Origin: Toensbergia leucococca
Taxonomy: Eukaryota
DNA length: 64,000 nucleotides
NCBI GenBank assembly: GCA_022813965.1
Contig: JALDZS010000064.1
Location: 1-64,000, forward strand
Direction of reading: 5' to 3'
Shown here: positions 50,447-62,900 of the stretch, one piece after another
Layout of the letters: each line of letters begins with the position of its first letter
Position numbering within the stretch: position 1 is the stretch's first letter
Translations under genes and position numbers: made by a program
The notes under the pieces: generated by a model
What the model was told of the DNA's origin: nothing
Databases searched by the model: none
The model's input: only the letters and a program-made list of their open reading frames with translations

Positions 50447-52263
50447 TTACACCATAAACCTCTTCAAGCCCCTCAACCTCTCCTTCGCCCTTTCCAAAAC
50501 CTCATCATCCTTACAAACCGCAAACCTCAAATATTCCTCTCCTAAATGCGCGTTCTGCTGCGTGTAAAACTCTGTTGGGGGGATAGCCGCTACGCCAACT
50601 TCTTTGATGAGGAAGTAGCTGAGCTTGAAGTCGCGAGGCCGGTCGGCGACTTGCGGGGGAAAGGCGTAGTCCGGAGGGAGAGTGATGGAGCGGAGGTTGG
50701 CGAGGACGAAGTATCCGCCTTCGGGATTGGAGTACTTCGGGGAGTTAGCAGGAGGAGGGAGAGGTGTGGGGAGCTCTTTTATTATGTAGCCACGGGTAGA
50801 TTGGAGTCAGGAGAGGCTTACAGGAATACCTAACTCGTCAAACACAGCGTTGAAGCGGTCCATTTTACCCCTCATTTCCTTTTGGCTCTGCTCCCAGAAC
50901 CCGTGCGAGTCGGCTTGCTCGAATCCGACCGCCGCGGCTTCTTGGAGCGGGCTGACACTGCTGTAGCAGATGCGTGTATGGGCGGCTGAGACGTATTTAA
51001 TGAGGTGCTCGGGCCCGATGAGCCAGCCTACGCGCCAGCCAGTAGCGTAGAAGAGCTTTCCTGCTGAGCCGACTGTGAGTGTTAGGTCGGCGATTTCGGG
51101 GGAGAGGGTAGCGATGCGGGTGAAAGGGACGTAGTGGAGGCGGTCGTAGACCTAGGGATTTGGTTCAGTACTTTGGCGCCTGGTATTGAGTAAGTGAGGT
51201 TACCTCGTCGGAGAGGATGATGATGTTGTTTTTTACACAGAGGTTGCCGATTTTTTGGAGCTCGATTTTGGACAAGATCTTTCCTATCGGGTTGTGGCTA
51301 GGGTGATATTAATTGGATTTTGGAAGGATGAAAAGGGTTTGCGTACGGCGAGTTGAGTACCTGTGAGTAGATTGTTAATAAGGAGTTTTTTCAGATTTGA
51401 TCTAGGCTCGGCTTACAATCATTCGAGTCTTGGGATTGATAACCCTTTCTAATTCAGCAAAGTCTATGGTCCAATCTGCGGCAGATGAATTTTTGGTGGC
51501 TCCGTCCTTTGGTGGTTGCAAAGGGACATATCTCACTTTACCGCCGGGCATTTCAATATTAGAAATGTACCTTTCCGAGAATCAGTCTTGGGAACATTGA
51601 CATGTTCAAAGAGGATATTACTGATCGAAAAACGGCTCAAAGACAATGACTTCATCGCCATCCTCGATGAATGCCATGAAAGCACTCAAGATGCCTTCAT
51701 TTGCGCCAGTGGTGATGGTCACTTCAGTCTCTGGGTTAAGTTCTTTGCCAAAAAAAGGAGAGTATGCATTTGCTATTGCTTTTTTCAGTCTTGGACGACC
51801 CTGACATGATATCAGAAGGGTCATGCAGCAATGATGGGCACAAGTAGAAGACCTTTGTTGGGGAGTATTGATTGCAATCCACTCTGTCTAGAGCATCCTT
51901 GGCGGCATCGGTCACGAATTTAGGAGGATTGTATCCACTGAAGATGGTCAATAGGCCATTCTGAGAGTATTGTAGTTGAGTGTAACATAATTACAAAAAG
52001 CCCTGACCCATATTTACAATGGGCTGGATTGGAGAGGTCGCGGCAGCTTCATTGACGATAGACCTGCGAAAGCGATAATTGAGCTCACTCTCCAGTTCAA
52101 TGCCGGGCTACAAATCTTACCAGACGTCTTGCTTTTGGTCTGCAACGCGTTTGGCAGGCCGAAAAGGATCACTTCTGACAGACGAGGATGACATGGCTCG
52201 AGTTGCACCTCCGCGAGTCAGTGCTATGTGGTGAGCCAAACGGTCGATGGGCAATCGTCTCAT
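50447..52263 (-). CDS. BNA3: Kynurenine aminotransferase / class I PLP aminotransferase
   Basis: VW|SIVNEAA, NMGQGFF|GYNPP, TTGANEG, EPFFDQ, SAGKSFYATGWRVGW (PLP lysine), YLRFAVCK; in-frame ATGs at 52263 and 52194. Confidence 0.92.
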
Positions 52264-53420
52264 TCAATTTTCGAGAGGAATTCTCATGGGGATTTTCAGT
52301 GAAGCTCAACTTCACCATTGGAGGTCGGAGAGAGTGAGAGGGTAAAGAGGTAAAGTGGTGAAATGGTGATGAAGACAGTCGCAAACTTTTATATAAGCGA
52401 CAAAATCAGCCCTGTATCAGCGGTGGTGACACCTGGTGTCACTCCCATTCCAAAATCTACCTATGTCTATTGCATCCTAATCAAAGAATGTGTCAGATGG
52501 CATTACACATTTGACTGACTTCCAATTGCTCTAGTGCCTAGTATTAATACAAAACAAGTTCAAAAAGACAACTTCAGGGGGTTAAAGCTCCGTCTTATAA
52601 CACCAGCTTTACCACTTAATATTTCCTCGTCATCATCTCTCGATTCGGTTCATAAAGGAAACAGATTCCGGTCATCAAATCCTGTTGAAAATCTCCATCA
52701 TAACCTCGATTCCTAGAATTCAATTCATAAACCTTTCCGATCCTCCACTCTCCACTGACCATCTCAATTACCCAGCCATTTCGGATGTAGATGGCAGCTC
52801 TCAAGTATAAACAGAGAATGCGTTCGACCGGATAAGATACTGTATAAAACAGGAAGGATATCAAAAGAGGCAAGGAGAGATTTCAATCACGGTTCATGTT
52901 TTTTCTCTCATAATTGAAGGGAAACAGTTCATACTCAAACTCGGATGAGTACATGTATTGTCGGTTGGACTCTTGAGTAGTACAGATTAGTCTCGCTTTC
53001 CAGAAGACAGGGCCAGAGGATTCACACTTTAGCAGATGACTCTACTAAGAAGTCAGGAAAAAGGGAAAAAGGGAAAAGGGGAAACATTGTAAGATGTCTT
53101 CAAGACGGCTCTGGGCACGCTTAGCTGGTCCCTCGGGTGCTGGGTGCTCCCGAGGCTAGTGTGACTGCGCTAACATCTCACCCCATTCTTCCTTTCATCG
53201 TAAGCTTTTTTCTTTTTTCTGTCCTTGGTCTGATTGCGGTCATTTCTCAGATGAGAGAATGTATGCATGTTGGACTGATGCCAGAAGAAGGTTTGAAGTT
53301 GGATGAGAAACACCATCGAATGACGTGCCGAAGCTAGCGTGCCAAGCCTTTGCCAATCATCTACCTACTCGTACTAGTTCTGAAAAGATTTCGGCGAGTC
53401 GAGTCGCGACATGTCCAAGG

Positions 53421-53426
53421 ACGCGT
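53421..53426. promoter_or_regulatory. MCB element (ACGCGT) 38 bp upstream of the MGS1 ATG
   Basis: Exact MluI cell-cycle box plus nearby TCGCGA in front of a DNA-replication/repair gene. Confidence 0.45.
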
Positions 53427-53463
53427 TAGATGTCGAAAATGAGTAGTGAGCCTCTTCTGAAGC

Positions 53464-55134
53464 ATGGTCGACTGCCCTATATGCGGTAAGCCGGTCAAGG
53501 AGTCAAAAATAAACCGACACATCGACTCTGCTTGCTACGACTTCCTTGACACGCCTCAAGCCTCTCAGAATTCTCAGAATGGCCCTTCTCAGAAAAATGT
53601 CCCAGTGGCCAGCTTCTTCAGGACGCCGACAGCTAAGAAAGTCACTCTTAACAAAACAGAAAGCGAGCTTCAGCTCTCCGCAGACATACCCACTAACGGG
53701 ATAAAACCTGACCCTGAGCCGGCGAATCAGGTCAGCAATAAACGTCCAGCTACCACTCAACCCATCGAAAATGCTGGGCCGCAACCTGACCTTCAACCCG
53801 ATATTAATCTCGATCAAGGCCCGCCGGCAAAGCGAGCCAAGACTTCCACCGCCTTACAGAGAGCTGCACCCCTCGCCGAGCGAATGAGACCGCGAACTCT
53901 GGATGACGTTTACGGGCAAGAGCTTGTGGGGCCTGATGGCGTCCTTCGAGGTTTGATCGAATCGGATAGAGTACCATCGATGATACTTTGGGGTGGCCCT
54001 GGCACTGGCAAAACTACCATCGCAAGAGTCATCGCAACAATGGTTGGCAGCCGCTTCGTTGAGATCAACAGCACGAGTTCAGGCGTGGGGGATTGCAAAA
54101 AGATCTTCGCAGAGGCTAAAGGAGAGCTTGGAATGACGGGGAGGAAGACAATCATTTTTTGTGATGAGATTCACAGATTCTCAAAAAGCCAGCAGGATGT
54201 TTTCTTGGGACCAGTTGAGAGCGGACAAGTCACCCTGATAGGAGCTACAACTGAAAACCCCAGTTTCAAAGTGCAAAATGCTCTTCTGTCCCGCTGCCGA
54301 ACATTCACGTTGCAAAAGCTTTCCGACGAGGACACTTTAAACATCCTCAAGCGCGCCCTTGAAGTTGAAGGCCCAGACTACAAGCCCTCAGCCCTAGTTG
54401 ATCCCGAACTCCTCCAATATCTCTCCGCCTTCTCCGACGGGGACGCCCGGACCGCTCTCAACCTGCTCGAACTCGCCATGTCTCTCTCCACACGCCCCTC
54501 AATGACAAAACAAGACATCAAATCCGCCCTCACCAAAACCCTCGTCTACGACCGCGCCGGCGACCAACACTACGACACCATCTCCGCCTTTCACAAATCC
54601 ATTCGCGGCTCAGACCCAGATGCAGCTCTCTATTACCTAGCAAGAATGCTACAGTCAGGCGAAGACCCTCTCTACATCGCCCGCCGCCTCGTCGTGATCG
54701 CCTCCGAAGACATCGGCCTTGCAGACAACAGCATGCTTTCCCTCGCAACAGCAACATACACAGCCGCCGAGAAGATCGGCATGCCCGAAGCCCGCATCAA
54801 TCTCGCGCACGCAACGGTGGCTTTCTCCCTCTCGAAGAAAAGCACCCGCGCGTACCGGGGGTTGGGGAATGCAATGGCTGTTTTAAAGGAACCGGGAGTG
54901 GCGTCGTTTCCGATACCGGTGCATTTGAGAAACGCGCCGACGAGGCTGATGAAGGAGATGGGGTATGGGCGAGAGTACAAGTATAATCCGGATTTTCGGG
55001 ATGGGAGGTGTGTGCAGGAGTATTTGCCGGAGGGGTTGAGGGGAAAGGTGTTTTTGGAGGAGAGGGATTTGGGGACGGAGGTCGATCCGGAGCTTTATAA
55101 GTTGATTGGGGATGAGTTGATGTTTATGGAGTAG
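53464..55134 (+). CDS. MGS1: DNA-dependent AAA+ ATPase Mgs1/WRNIP1
   Basis: UBZ finger CPIC..INRHID, PLAERMRP, GPGTGKTT, DEIHRF, GATTENP, SAFHKSIRGSD, LRNAPT. Confidence 0.96.
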   Translation: MVDCPICGKPVKESKINRHIDSACYDFLDTPQASQNSQNGPSQKNVPVASFFRTPTAKKVTLNKTESELQLSADIPTNGIKPDPEPANQVSNKRPATTQPIENAGPQPDLQPDINLDQGPPAKRAKTSTALQRAAPLAERMRPRTLDDVYGQELVGPDGVLRGLIESDRVPSMILWGGPGTGKTTIARVIATMVGSRFVEINSTSSGVGDCKKIFAEAKGELGMTGRKTIIFCDEIHRFSKSQQDVFLGPVESGQVTLIGATTENPSFKVQNALLSRCRTFTLQKLSDEDTLNILKRALEVEGPDYKPSALVDPELLQYLSAFSDGDARTALNLLELAMSLSTRPSMTKQDIKSALTKTLVYDRAGDQHYDTISAFHKSIRGSDPDAALYYLARMLQSGEDPLYIARRLVVIASEDIGLADNSMLSLATATYTAAEKIGMPEARINLAHATVAFSLSKKSTRAYRGLGNAMAVLKEPGVASFPIPVHLRNAPTRLMKEMGYGREYKYNPDFRDGRCVQEYLPEGLRGKVFLEERDLGTEVDPELYKLIGDELMFME

Positions 55135-55685
55135 TGAGAGAGATGTGTTGCAGAAGGACGGGGGGCGCTTGTCCGGACTACCTACTCCAAAGCCCCCCTT
55201 TTTTTCTGAGTTTTGAAAACATTGTTCAGACACGTGATGCACGTTCTCGATGAGAAAGGAAGGGATCAAGCGACCTCTTTCACTTTGCGTAAACCAACTT
55301 CTCCAGTTCTTTTTCTTTCCCTCCTCCCTTTTTCCTCTCTCCTCCCTGCCCCCCTCCCTAAAAACAAAAACCCTCTTAACCTACCTCATCACAACAAAAT
55401 TGCCCTCACACCAGCACAAAAAAACCGAAGAAAAAGGAACGCATTCCTCTACAAAGAACCCCTCTTCACTCAGCTACTGACTACTGAGCCTTGAAGTAGC
55501 AGTACTCACCTTCTCAGCTGATGAAGATAAGTGAAAAAAAAGTTAATGATATATACCTATCCACTCGGTGTAACCTTCTAAATCTATATGATGTCCTTGA
55601 TCGATAATTCCAACACCTGCTTGGCCAGAATCATGCATCACTTTACCTACCAACAGCAAACCCGCCTCCAAAATCATGCATTCAG

Positions 55686-57309
55686 TCACGCCCGCTCAAG
55701 CAGGAGCTTTAACATCGAATTATCCTCTCTCAATGCAGCATGATGTATTGCCGTCTCCCCTCCATATGGCTTCTGAGAAACATCCGCTCCAAATTCCAGA
55801 AGCAATCGCACCATTGCCTCGTTCCCATCCAAGACGGACTTGTACAGAGGAGTCGGCGCTCCATACGGTTTAGCCTCGACATTTGCACCGCTCTCCAACA
55901 GCAGCCGTGCTATTGTTTCGTGCGGTCTTGTGACTGCTGTGTAAAGAGGTGTTGGTTTGCCGTAGGGTGCTGCTTCGACATCGGCGCCGTGGGCAATCAG
56001 TAATCGGACTGTTGGCGCGTCTTCTCTTGATACCACGTCATACAGCGCTGAGGCACAGCCGTATGGCTGTAAATTGACGTCGGCACCGTAATTCAGGAGC
56101 AGTTTCATCATTTCCTGGTTTTGGTCTGAGACTGCCTGGTATAAGGGTGTCATGCCTCCATATGGCGTTGCGTCAACGTCGGCCCCGTTTTCCAGAAGGA
56201 GGTGCCATTTCTAAGTCATTGGTCTCGAGGGCCTTGCCTAAAGCAGTCTTTGTTCCATATGGTTTTGCTTCAATGTTGGCGCCATATTGCAAGAGTAGTC
56301 GAACCAAAGCTTTATCTCTACTTATAGTAGCTTGATATAGTGCTGTCCCATGGCCCGTTGAGCAAGCTTCAAGATCAGCTCCGTGTTCTAAAAGCATGCG
56401 CACGATATCTTCATTCCCTCGCGTCACGGCTTTCACTAGACTTGGCTCGGTCCCGATTGGCTTGACATTGACATCTACTACGCGGTCCAATAGTAGTTGG
56501 ACTTTTGGGATTTCCGCTGTTGAAACAATTTCATGGAGCGCCATGCCTGCCTCTTTTGAAGCTTTAGGATCAGGCACTTCTTTCGGTGGGAAACTCGCGT
56601 CAGTAAGGTCTATCGCTTGTGCTGTCGAGCCTTTCGATGGAGGCACAAAGATTGGGACTACTCTTAAACCACGGGGAATGAAGAAAAACGTATTCCATTC
56701 TGTAATGATTGCAGAAATCGTCATGAGCTGGTGTTTTTCGTCTACAGAGCACTTAAAATCTCTTGTATTTGCGGGTCTCTGGGATCAGGTTTCAAAGCCT
56801 TCCAGCGTAGCCGAAGATGGCTTTTCTGGCGACTGGTAGCTTCTTCCTTTGAACAATTTCTTGTAAAAGCTTCTTGAAACTCCAGCCGTACCATTCCTTG
56901 GCCTTACTCGGCTGTCATCTATATCTTGGGGTATGAGATGATTGAGGAATGCTATCCAATCAGACCGACCCAAATTTCGTTTTAGCCATTTCTGCCCCGG
57001 CTGAGGGAAAGAAAGATTTTCAATTTTTAGATTTTGAGAGAATATCATACGGTGGTGTAAAATAGATAGTGGCTTCCTGACTGGCGGCGGGTACATGTTG
57101 AAATAAGGATGACTGGAAAGTTTCAATTTGCTTTCCTTTGCCTTTTCATCGCTGAGTTCCAGGCCAGCTTCTTCTGGCGGGCTGGAATAGTGAGCATCAA
57201 ATGAAGGATTAGAAGGAGATGAATCAGCTGGATTTAAAGAAGGATCGGATGAAGCTAATGTTCGGCCCGGGTGATCAAGAGAATAGGGCGGAGGTGGTTG
57301 ATCGTCCAT
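55686..57309 (-). pseudogene. Ankyrin-repeat gene with an in-frame stop and a frameshift
   Basis: About seven ANK repeats (LLLxxGADV). In-frame TGA at 56785-56787. Frameshift at about 56201 (ATG GCA C CTC CTT CTG GAA AAC GGG GCC GAC) with no room for an intron. Confidence 0.8.
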
Positions 57310-57373
57310 TGCAAGTGGAGCAGTACTTTGAATAGACTTGAAAGCTTGGATTCGCCTGATGCTGAATTAGGAA

Positions 57374-57450
57374 TTTTCTTCTTTTCTTCTTTTCTTCTTT
57401 TCTTCTTTTCTTCTTTTCTTCTTTTCTTCTTTTCTTCTTTTCTTCTTTTC
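57374..57450. repeat. (TTTTCTTC)n octamer tandem repeat, about 9.5 copies
   Basis: Directly visible upstream of the ankyrin gene. Confidence 0.95.
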
Positions 57451-57702
57451 GTGGTCGGGGACTCAAGCAGCCTCAGCCTCCCGCTCTGAGCATGTGACTA
57501 AGTCTTAGCCCTACAGCAGAGGGAATCGATGCTGACGCGGCACGGGAGAAATGCCGCGACACCGTGAATAGCTGGAAATTTCAAACCGACTAGCGGGTCT
57601 TTAGCAATTAAGACGATATGAATGCTTGGCAGAAAGTGATTCGATTTCGGTGCACTTGGTTGGTAGGCATAGAGTCTCCGCAGGTCCTCGATACTTCAAA
57701 GG

Positions 57703-58755
57703 CTAGCTCGGCCTTTCACATTCGACTGCTGTTTCCTCAACCACAAACTCGTCTCTTTCCGAATCCAGCTTCACAAGTGCATCTAGTGGAATCGTCAATA
57801 TGGGATCTGTGTGTCCCACATCTACGTCCGCTAAGATCGGACAATCAGTCCCTACTAAGACATCCAGTACTACCTTCTCCAACGTCTCGCGCATCTCCTC
57901 GTCATACATATATGGACGCCCTATTACCAGGCCTTTAATAACGCCAAGTACACCGGCATTAACAAGATCACTCATCATCAATCGGGCGTTTTCGACTGGC
58001 GTTGGCTTACCCGGCCCTGCGTCACCTTCAGGAAGCTCAAGCAGCAGAATTCGCCCATAGTAATTGACATCATAAGGAGTGCCTTTGAGCTGTAAAATGG
58101 ATGGCAGACAGCCGCCAAAAATACGTCCTTGGGCTTTCCCGTGACGCAGCCATTTCCACGGCCTTGAAGGAAGCATTTTGCGTGGGCTGATATCGCTTGA
58201 GGGTGTCCCCCAGTCTAGAAACTCCTCTGTCCATTCCTTGGAACGCGGGAGAGCACCAACTGGGACAGATGCGGGATTTTGAAGTACGTGGAGGAAGTGC
58301 TCAAGGGTAAGTGAGAATACTGCGGGATACTCGCCAAACTGTGGTATAACAGCTGGTCCGTAGAAAGTGCGCAGGGAGGCCTTGGAATAGAAAGCATAAT
58401 GTAATAGTGTAATATCCGAATAACCAACAAAAATCTTGGGATTGGCCGCGATCAAGGCGAAATCGAGATAGGGAAGGAGTTCATTGGCAGAGAGGCCGCC
58501 AATGGTACAAATGATAGCTTTGATTGAGGGATCCTTGAAAGCGTCGTGGATCTCATTACAACGTTGAATCGCTCCGGCCTTTATGCTGGTGGTTGCAGTA
58601 GGGTCGTAGATAACTTTTACGTGAAATCCTAATTGGTCTTCGAAGAAAGCTTTGGCACGGTGGACGCGATCGGAAAATATAGTGTTGAGGCGACTGGAGG
58701 GGGAGATGAAGGCAATGATGTCACCATGTTGCAGGGCACGAGGGACAGTGACCAT
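57703..58755 (-). CDS. Peptidase S66 (LD-carboxypeptidase / MccF-like), intronless
   Basis: IAFISPSS, IICTIGG, catalytic GYSD, FYGP, GGCL, LLLE and GHT (Ser-Glu-His triad). Confidence 0.92.
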   Translation of the reverse strand: MVTVPRALQHGDIIAFISPSSRLNTIFSDRVHRAKAFFEDQLGFHVKVIYDPTATTSIKAGAIQRCNEIHDAFKDPSIKAIICTIGGLSANELLPYLDFALIAANPKIFVGYSDITLLHYAFYSKASLRTFYGPAVIPQFGEYPAVFSLTLEHFLHVLQNPASVPVGALPRSKEWTEEFLDWGTPSSDISPRKMLPSRPWKWLRHGKAQGRIFGGCLPSILQLKGTPYDVNYYGRILLLELPEGDAGPGKPTPVENARLMMSDLVNAGVLGVIKGLVIGRPYMYDEEMRETLEKVVLDVLVGTDCPILADVDVGHTDPILTIPLDALVKLDSERDEFVVEETAVECERPS

Positions 58756-58827
58756 TTTGGAAGTTGTGCTGAGGATAGAGAGAAGAGAGAAGTGAGAAGA
58801 GAGAGTAGCTGTGCTCTCAATTTATGA

Positions 58828-59251
58828 TTTAGCGCATGCAATTCATCTGCGAAATCTTGGCACCGCACATTCTCCTTCCACCTCCACCTCAATTCCGAAG
58901 CCCACACCAAAATTAGTACTGTAAACTCAACAGCCCTAGAGAATCATCTAAGAAGATCATTCATTAGAAATGTATCACTCATCTAAGGATTCTAGCAGTG
59001 TTGAGGGTCATGACCGCAGTAGGTCAATTTTGAGGGGGGTGAACTACCATTACTGTTTGAATCTCTGAAGCATTTATAAGCGTTACTAATATACTGAATG
59101 ATGTCATTAGATGCTCTCAAGTGATTCCTCAGTGGCTATCAAGCTTACAGATTAAATTTGATGTAGATATAGTGTAGGCTTAGGAATTGGGGTGAAGGTG
59201 GAAGGAGAACGCGCGATGCCAAGATTTCGCAGATGAATTGCATGCGCTAAA
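58828..59251. mobile_element. Foldback/MITE-like element with long inverted arms
   Basis: Perfect 36-bp inverted repeat (58827-58862 vs 59217-59252), degenerate complementarity continuing inward, flanked by TGA direct repeats; no ORF. Confidence 0.65.
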
Positions 59252-59975
59252 TGACGGTTTGACAAGTTCGGGTGACGCATAAGGCGTTCTTCCCTACGCG
59301 CAGCGGAATCCAGCCAATAAAGACAGTGGCCACGTGAAGCCAGTAGTTCTAAATCGAGGACATGTCGACTTTTGAATAGATTGGATAGGTAGGCAAGTCA
59401 CTGACCATGACTGACTCTTTCCCCTGCAGCGTAGCCATATCAAGAACTCAAACAAGCACAACCGTCATCATCAATGATGAATTGACTCATTTTCTCAAGT
59501 GAATGTCCCTACTCTCAGCTCAGAACCTCACTCAAGTAAACTATATATATAAGACATGATTTTGTTTCATAAGATAACTACTAAAGTATGAGATATTGCT
59601 TCTGGTTGACCCTCAGGTGATCAACAGACTATAAGACTACTTAGTATCTTGATCGAGGGGATGTGACAGACTATACGGAAGCGTCAAAGAGAGGGGGAGG
59701 GAAATGGATCAAGACACACAATTTTATATGTGTCTCTAATAACGCTACAGACATAGAAAGTCAAAGCCAAAGCCAAATAAAAAAAACACAGGTGAAAAAG
59801 ATCTAATCACATATAAATTAATGTACGCATGTACAAAACAAAAAACAGACAAAAAAACCAATTCGCAACAATCTCCTCCTCATTAAGCCAAAACCATCGT
59901 ACAATTTTTCCAATTCTCCCCAACGCACCGAAACGATTTCAAAAAGGCCACACAAACTAAAGGCTCTCCATCATC

Positions 59976-62900
59976 TCACTCCTCTTTTTTCTCCGCACCC
60001 CCATCCCCATCTCCAGCCTCCTTATCCTGCAACTTCTCAGGAACATACGCGCTCTTCCCCGCAATCTTCAACGCCAGCTGCGAAATGGGCACCTTTTTCA
60101 AAATATCAAAAACGCTAACCTGACTCTTCAGCTCCTTGAAAATCCAGTTGCGTATCTCAATCGCCACCAGACTGTCAACACCATAGCTGTACACTGGCTT
60201 CTGGGTATCGATATCGTCGACAGCCATGGAGAGAGATTTGGAGAGCTTAAGCGCCAGCCCGCCTTCGATGAGCTCCGCCGCGTGAGCGAGAGATGTTGCG
60301 GCTGTCAAAGCGCCTTTGAGTTCGCTGGCGCTGCCTTCGGTGTTTTGCGCGACACCTTTGACGTCTAAGCGGCGGAGGTAGTGGTATTTTGGGTCGTCAA
60401 AGACGTTGGATGTCTTGAGATGTTCCATCTGTTGACCAATACCGCCGGTTCCGGCACCGGTAACCATCTGGACTGGCATTGCGTACTCCAGTTCCGAATA
60501 TCCCGTCAGCGCCGACTCGATCAAGGAGAAGAGCTCATGCGGCTGCACCGACATGCGGAGGAAATCGGCCTTGTATTCATCGGCGATGTTGACGTTCTCG
60601 GCCATCCAGCCGACGCCGGAAACGGCCCCAAGATCGAGAGTGCAGGCCGTAAGGCCTTGAGCGCGGCGGTAATGCGCTAAGCCATCTTGATAGGTATTTC
60701 CTGCGGCGTAATTACTCTGGGAGCCATTCCCTGAGATACCTGAAACCGAGGCCAGCATGAGGAAGAATTCGAGGTCTTTGGGAGCATATTGGTGCAGGTT
60801 CCAAGAGCCTTGAATTTTGGAACGCGTAGTACCGACCCAGGATTCGTAGGTCATATCTGCAAAATACTTGTCGTTCAACACCATGGCAGCTTGAATAACG
60901 CCTTTGACGCGGGGCATTTCGGCGGAGATTCGCGAAAAGGTGTGTTTGAGATCGGTGGCGTTGGTGATATCGCAGGCATATGCAATGATGTTAACACCAA
61001 TATTTCGAAGTTCGTTAATGGCTTCTTTGACACCGGGCCTGGATTCTCCAGAGCGCGACATGAACGCAAGGTGCTTGGCGCCATGTTCCATGAGGAAGGT
61101 TGCTAAAGCACGTCCAATACCTCCGGAGCCGCCAACAAGGAGATAAGTCGCTTTCGGATCGAGCTTTAGAGGATGAGGATTGCGAGGAATCACGGGTACC
61201 ATGTCATCTGAGTGAGCTTTGATGACGATCTTACCCATGTGCTTGGCCTGTTGCATGAGTCTGAAAGCCTTCTCCATCTCGGAGTACTTGTAGACAGTGA
61301 TGGGTTTGACAATACCGACTGCACCTTCTCTGATCAGGTCAAATACACTCTTAAAGATACGAGCCAGCATCTTTGTATTGTTGCGGCACATGTGCTATGC
61401 AATCGTTAGCTTAGATACCATGGCTTATCCATTGAAAGGTACTGACCTCGATATTCACGCCTCCGAAGGTGACGTTTCGGAGAAATGGCATCATTTCCAA
61501 ACCAGTATTACCCAAGATATCCTTCTTACCAACTTCTATGAATCTCCCACCAGAAGCAATGCATTCCCAAGTCTTCCTCAGCGCCTCACCTGCCAAAGAA
61601 TTGAGGACAACATCGACACCCCTACCATTCGTCATGCGCATAATACCCTTTGCAAATGCCAAATCGCGCGAGTTGAAGACGTGATCTGCAGGGATCCCGT
61701 GCTCATCCATGAGTAATTGGCGTTTTTCTGCGGAACCAGCCGTTACAAAAATCTCAGCACCAAGGTGCTTTGCTAATTGTATGGCAGCTTGTCCGAGACC
61801 TGTAATATTGGTTAGTCGGAGGTAATGACGGACTTGATCATTCTGATATCTGTAGAAACGCAGGGAACTTGTAACGGGAAGGGTACGAATGCACGGTGAT
61901 CCAACCCACTTGTAGGGTAATTGAGAAAAACGGGAATAACTCAAAGTACTCACCTCCTGCAGCACTATGGATGAGGATACTTTCGCCATGCGAGAGACGG
62001 CCTATTTCAACCAGACTTTGATAGGCGGTGATGTAGACACACGGTAAGCTAGCTCCCTCTTCGAATGTCATGTTTTCTGGCATTACTTGAACGACGGTCT
62101 CATCAACGCGTAGCAAGTTGCGGTAAGCTCCAAGACACATCAGTGCAACTCGATCACCAGGTTCTACGAGCGTGACTTTGGAGCCAACTCGTTTAATGGT
62201 ACCTGCGGCGTCTGCACCCAGAACAGTATCGGCCACGAGACCCATGGAGACCATGATATCCCTATGAAAAACGTCAATAGACACCTTGTAGAAGCTGAGA
62301 GTCTGATCACTTACACGAAATTCATGGCGTTTGCGACAACTTCAACCTCGACCTCATTCTGGCCCATAGGCTCCAAGGGGGCCGGATCATCAACGAACTG
62401 AAGGGTGTCTAGCATACCAGGAACGCCAATATCGAGCCTTAGAGGACGGTCAGGTTGAGAGAAGGGTTGTAACTCAGCCTGAGGCTGCTTGCCGAGAGTT
62501 TGCAGAGAATGATTCTTGTGTTTCTCATCGAAAAGTCGGGGGATGTAGAGACGACCGTTGAGCTCTGTAGTTTCAGTCTCGAGGTGAGGCATGTCGTCAT
62601 CATACATGGCAGGGAAGAATCGTCCGACTAGGTCTGCAGCTGCTTGACTGGAAAGATCCATTTGAGACGAGAAATTGAGCTCGTGCATGCGAATGTCTGG
62701 CATTTCGCATCTGCAAACACGTAAAAGACCAGTGGTGGCGCAGAAGGCTGGGTTTCCGGAAGGATCAACTGCCTGGCCGCCTCGTGAGATCCATAGCCCT
62801 CCCAAACTGCGAAGGATTATGGTCTTGACGCAATTGAACTCTGTCTCCGAGGGATCATAGAGCAGAGGTTTTTCGGCTTCGATCAATGAAACGATAGCTT

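Noticed and set aside
61801..61953. Longer PKS intron as a possible stwintron or snoRNA host
   Set aside because: Removing an internal intron does not recreate a donor, and no C/D box pair is present.
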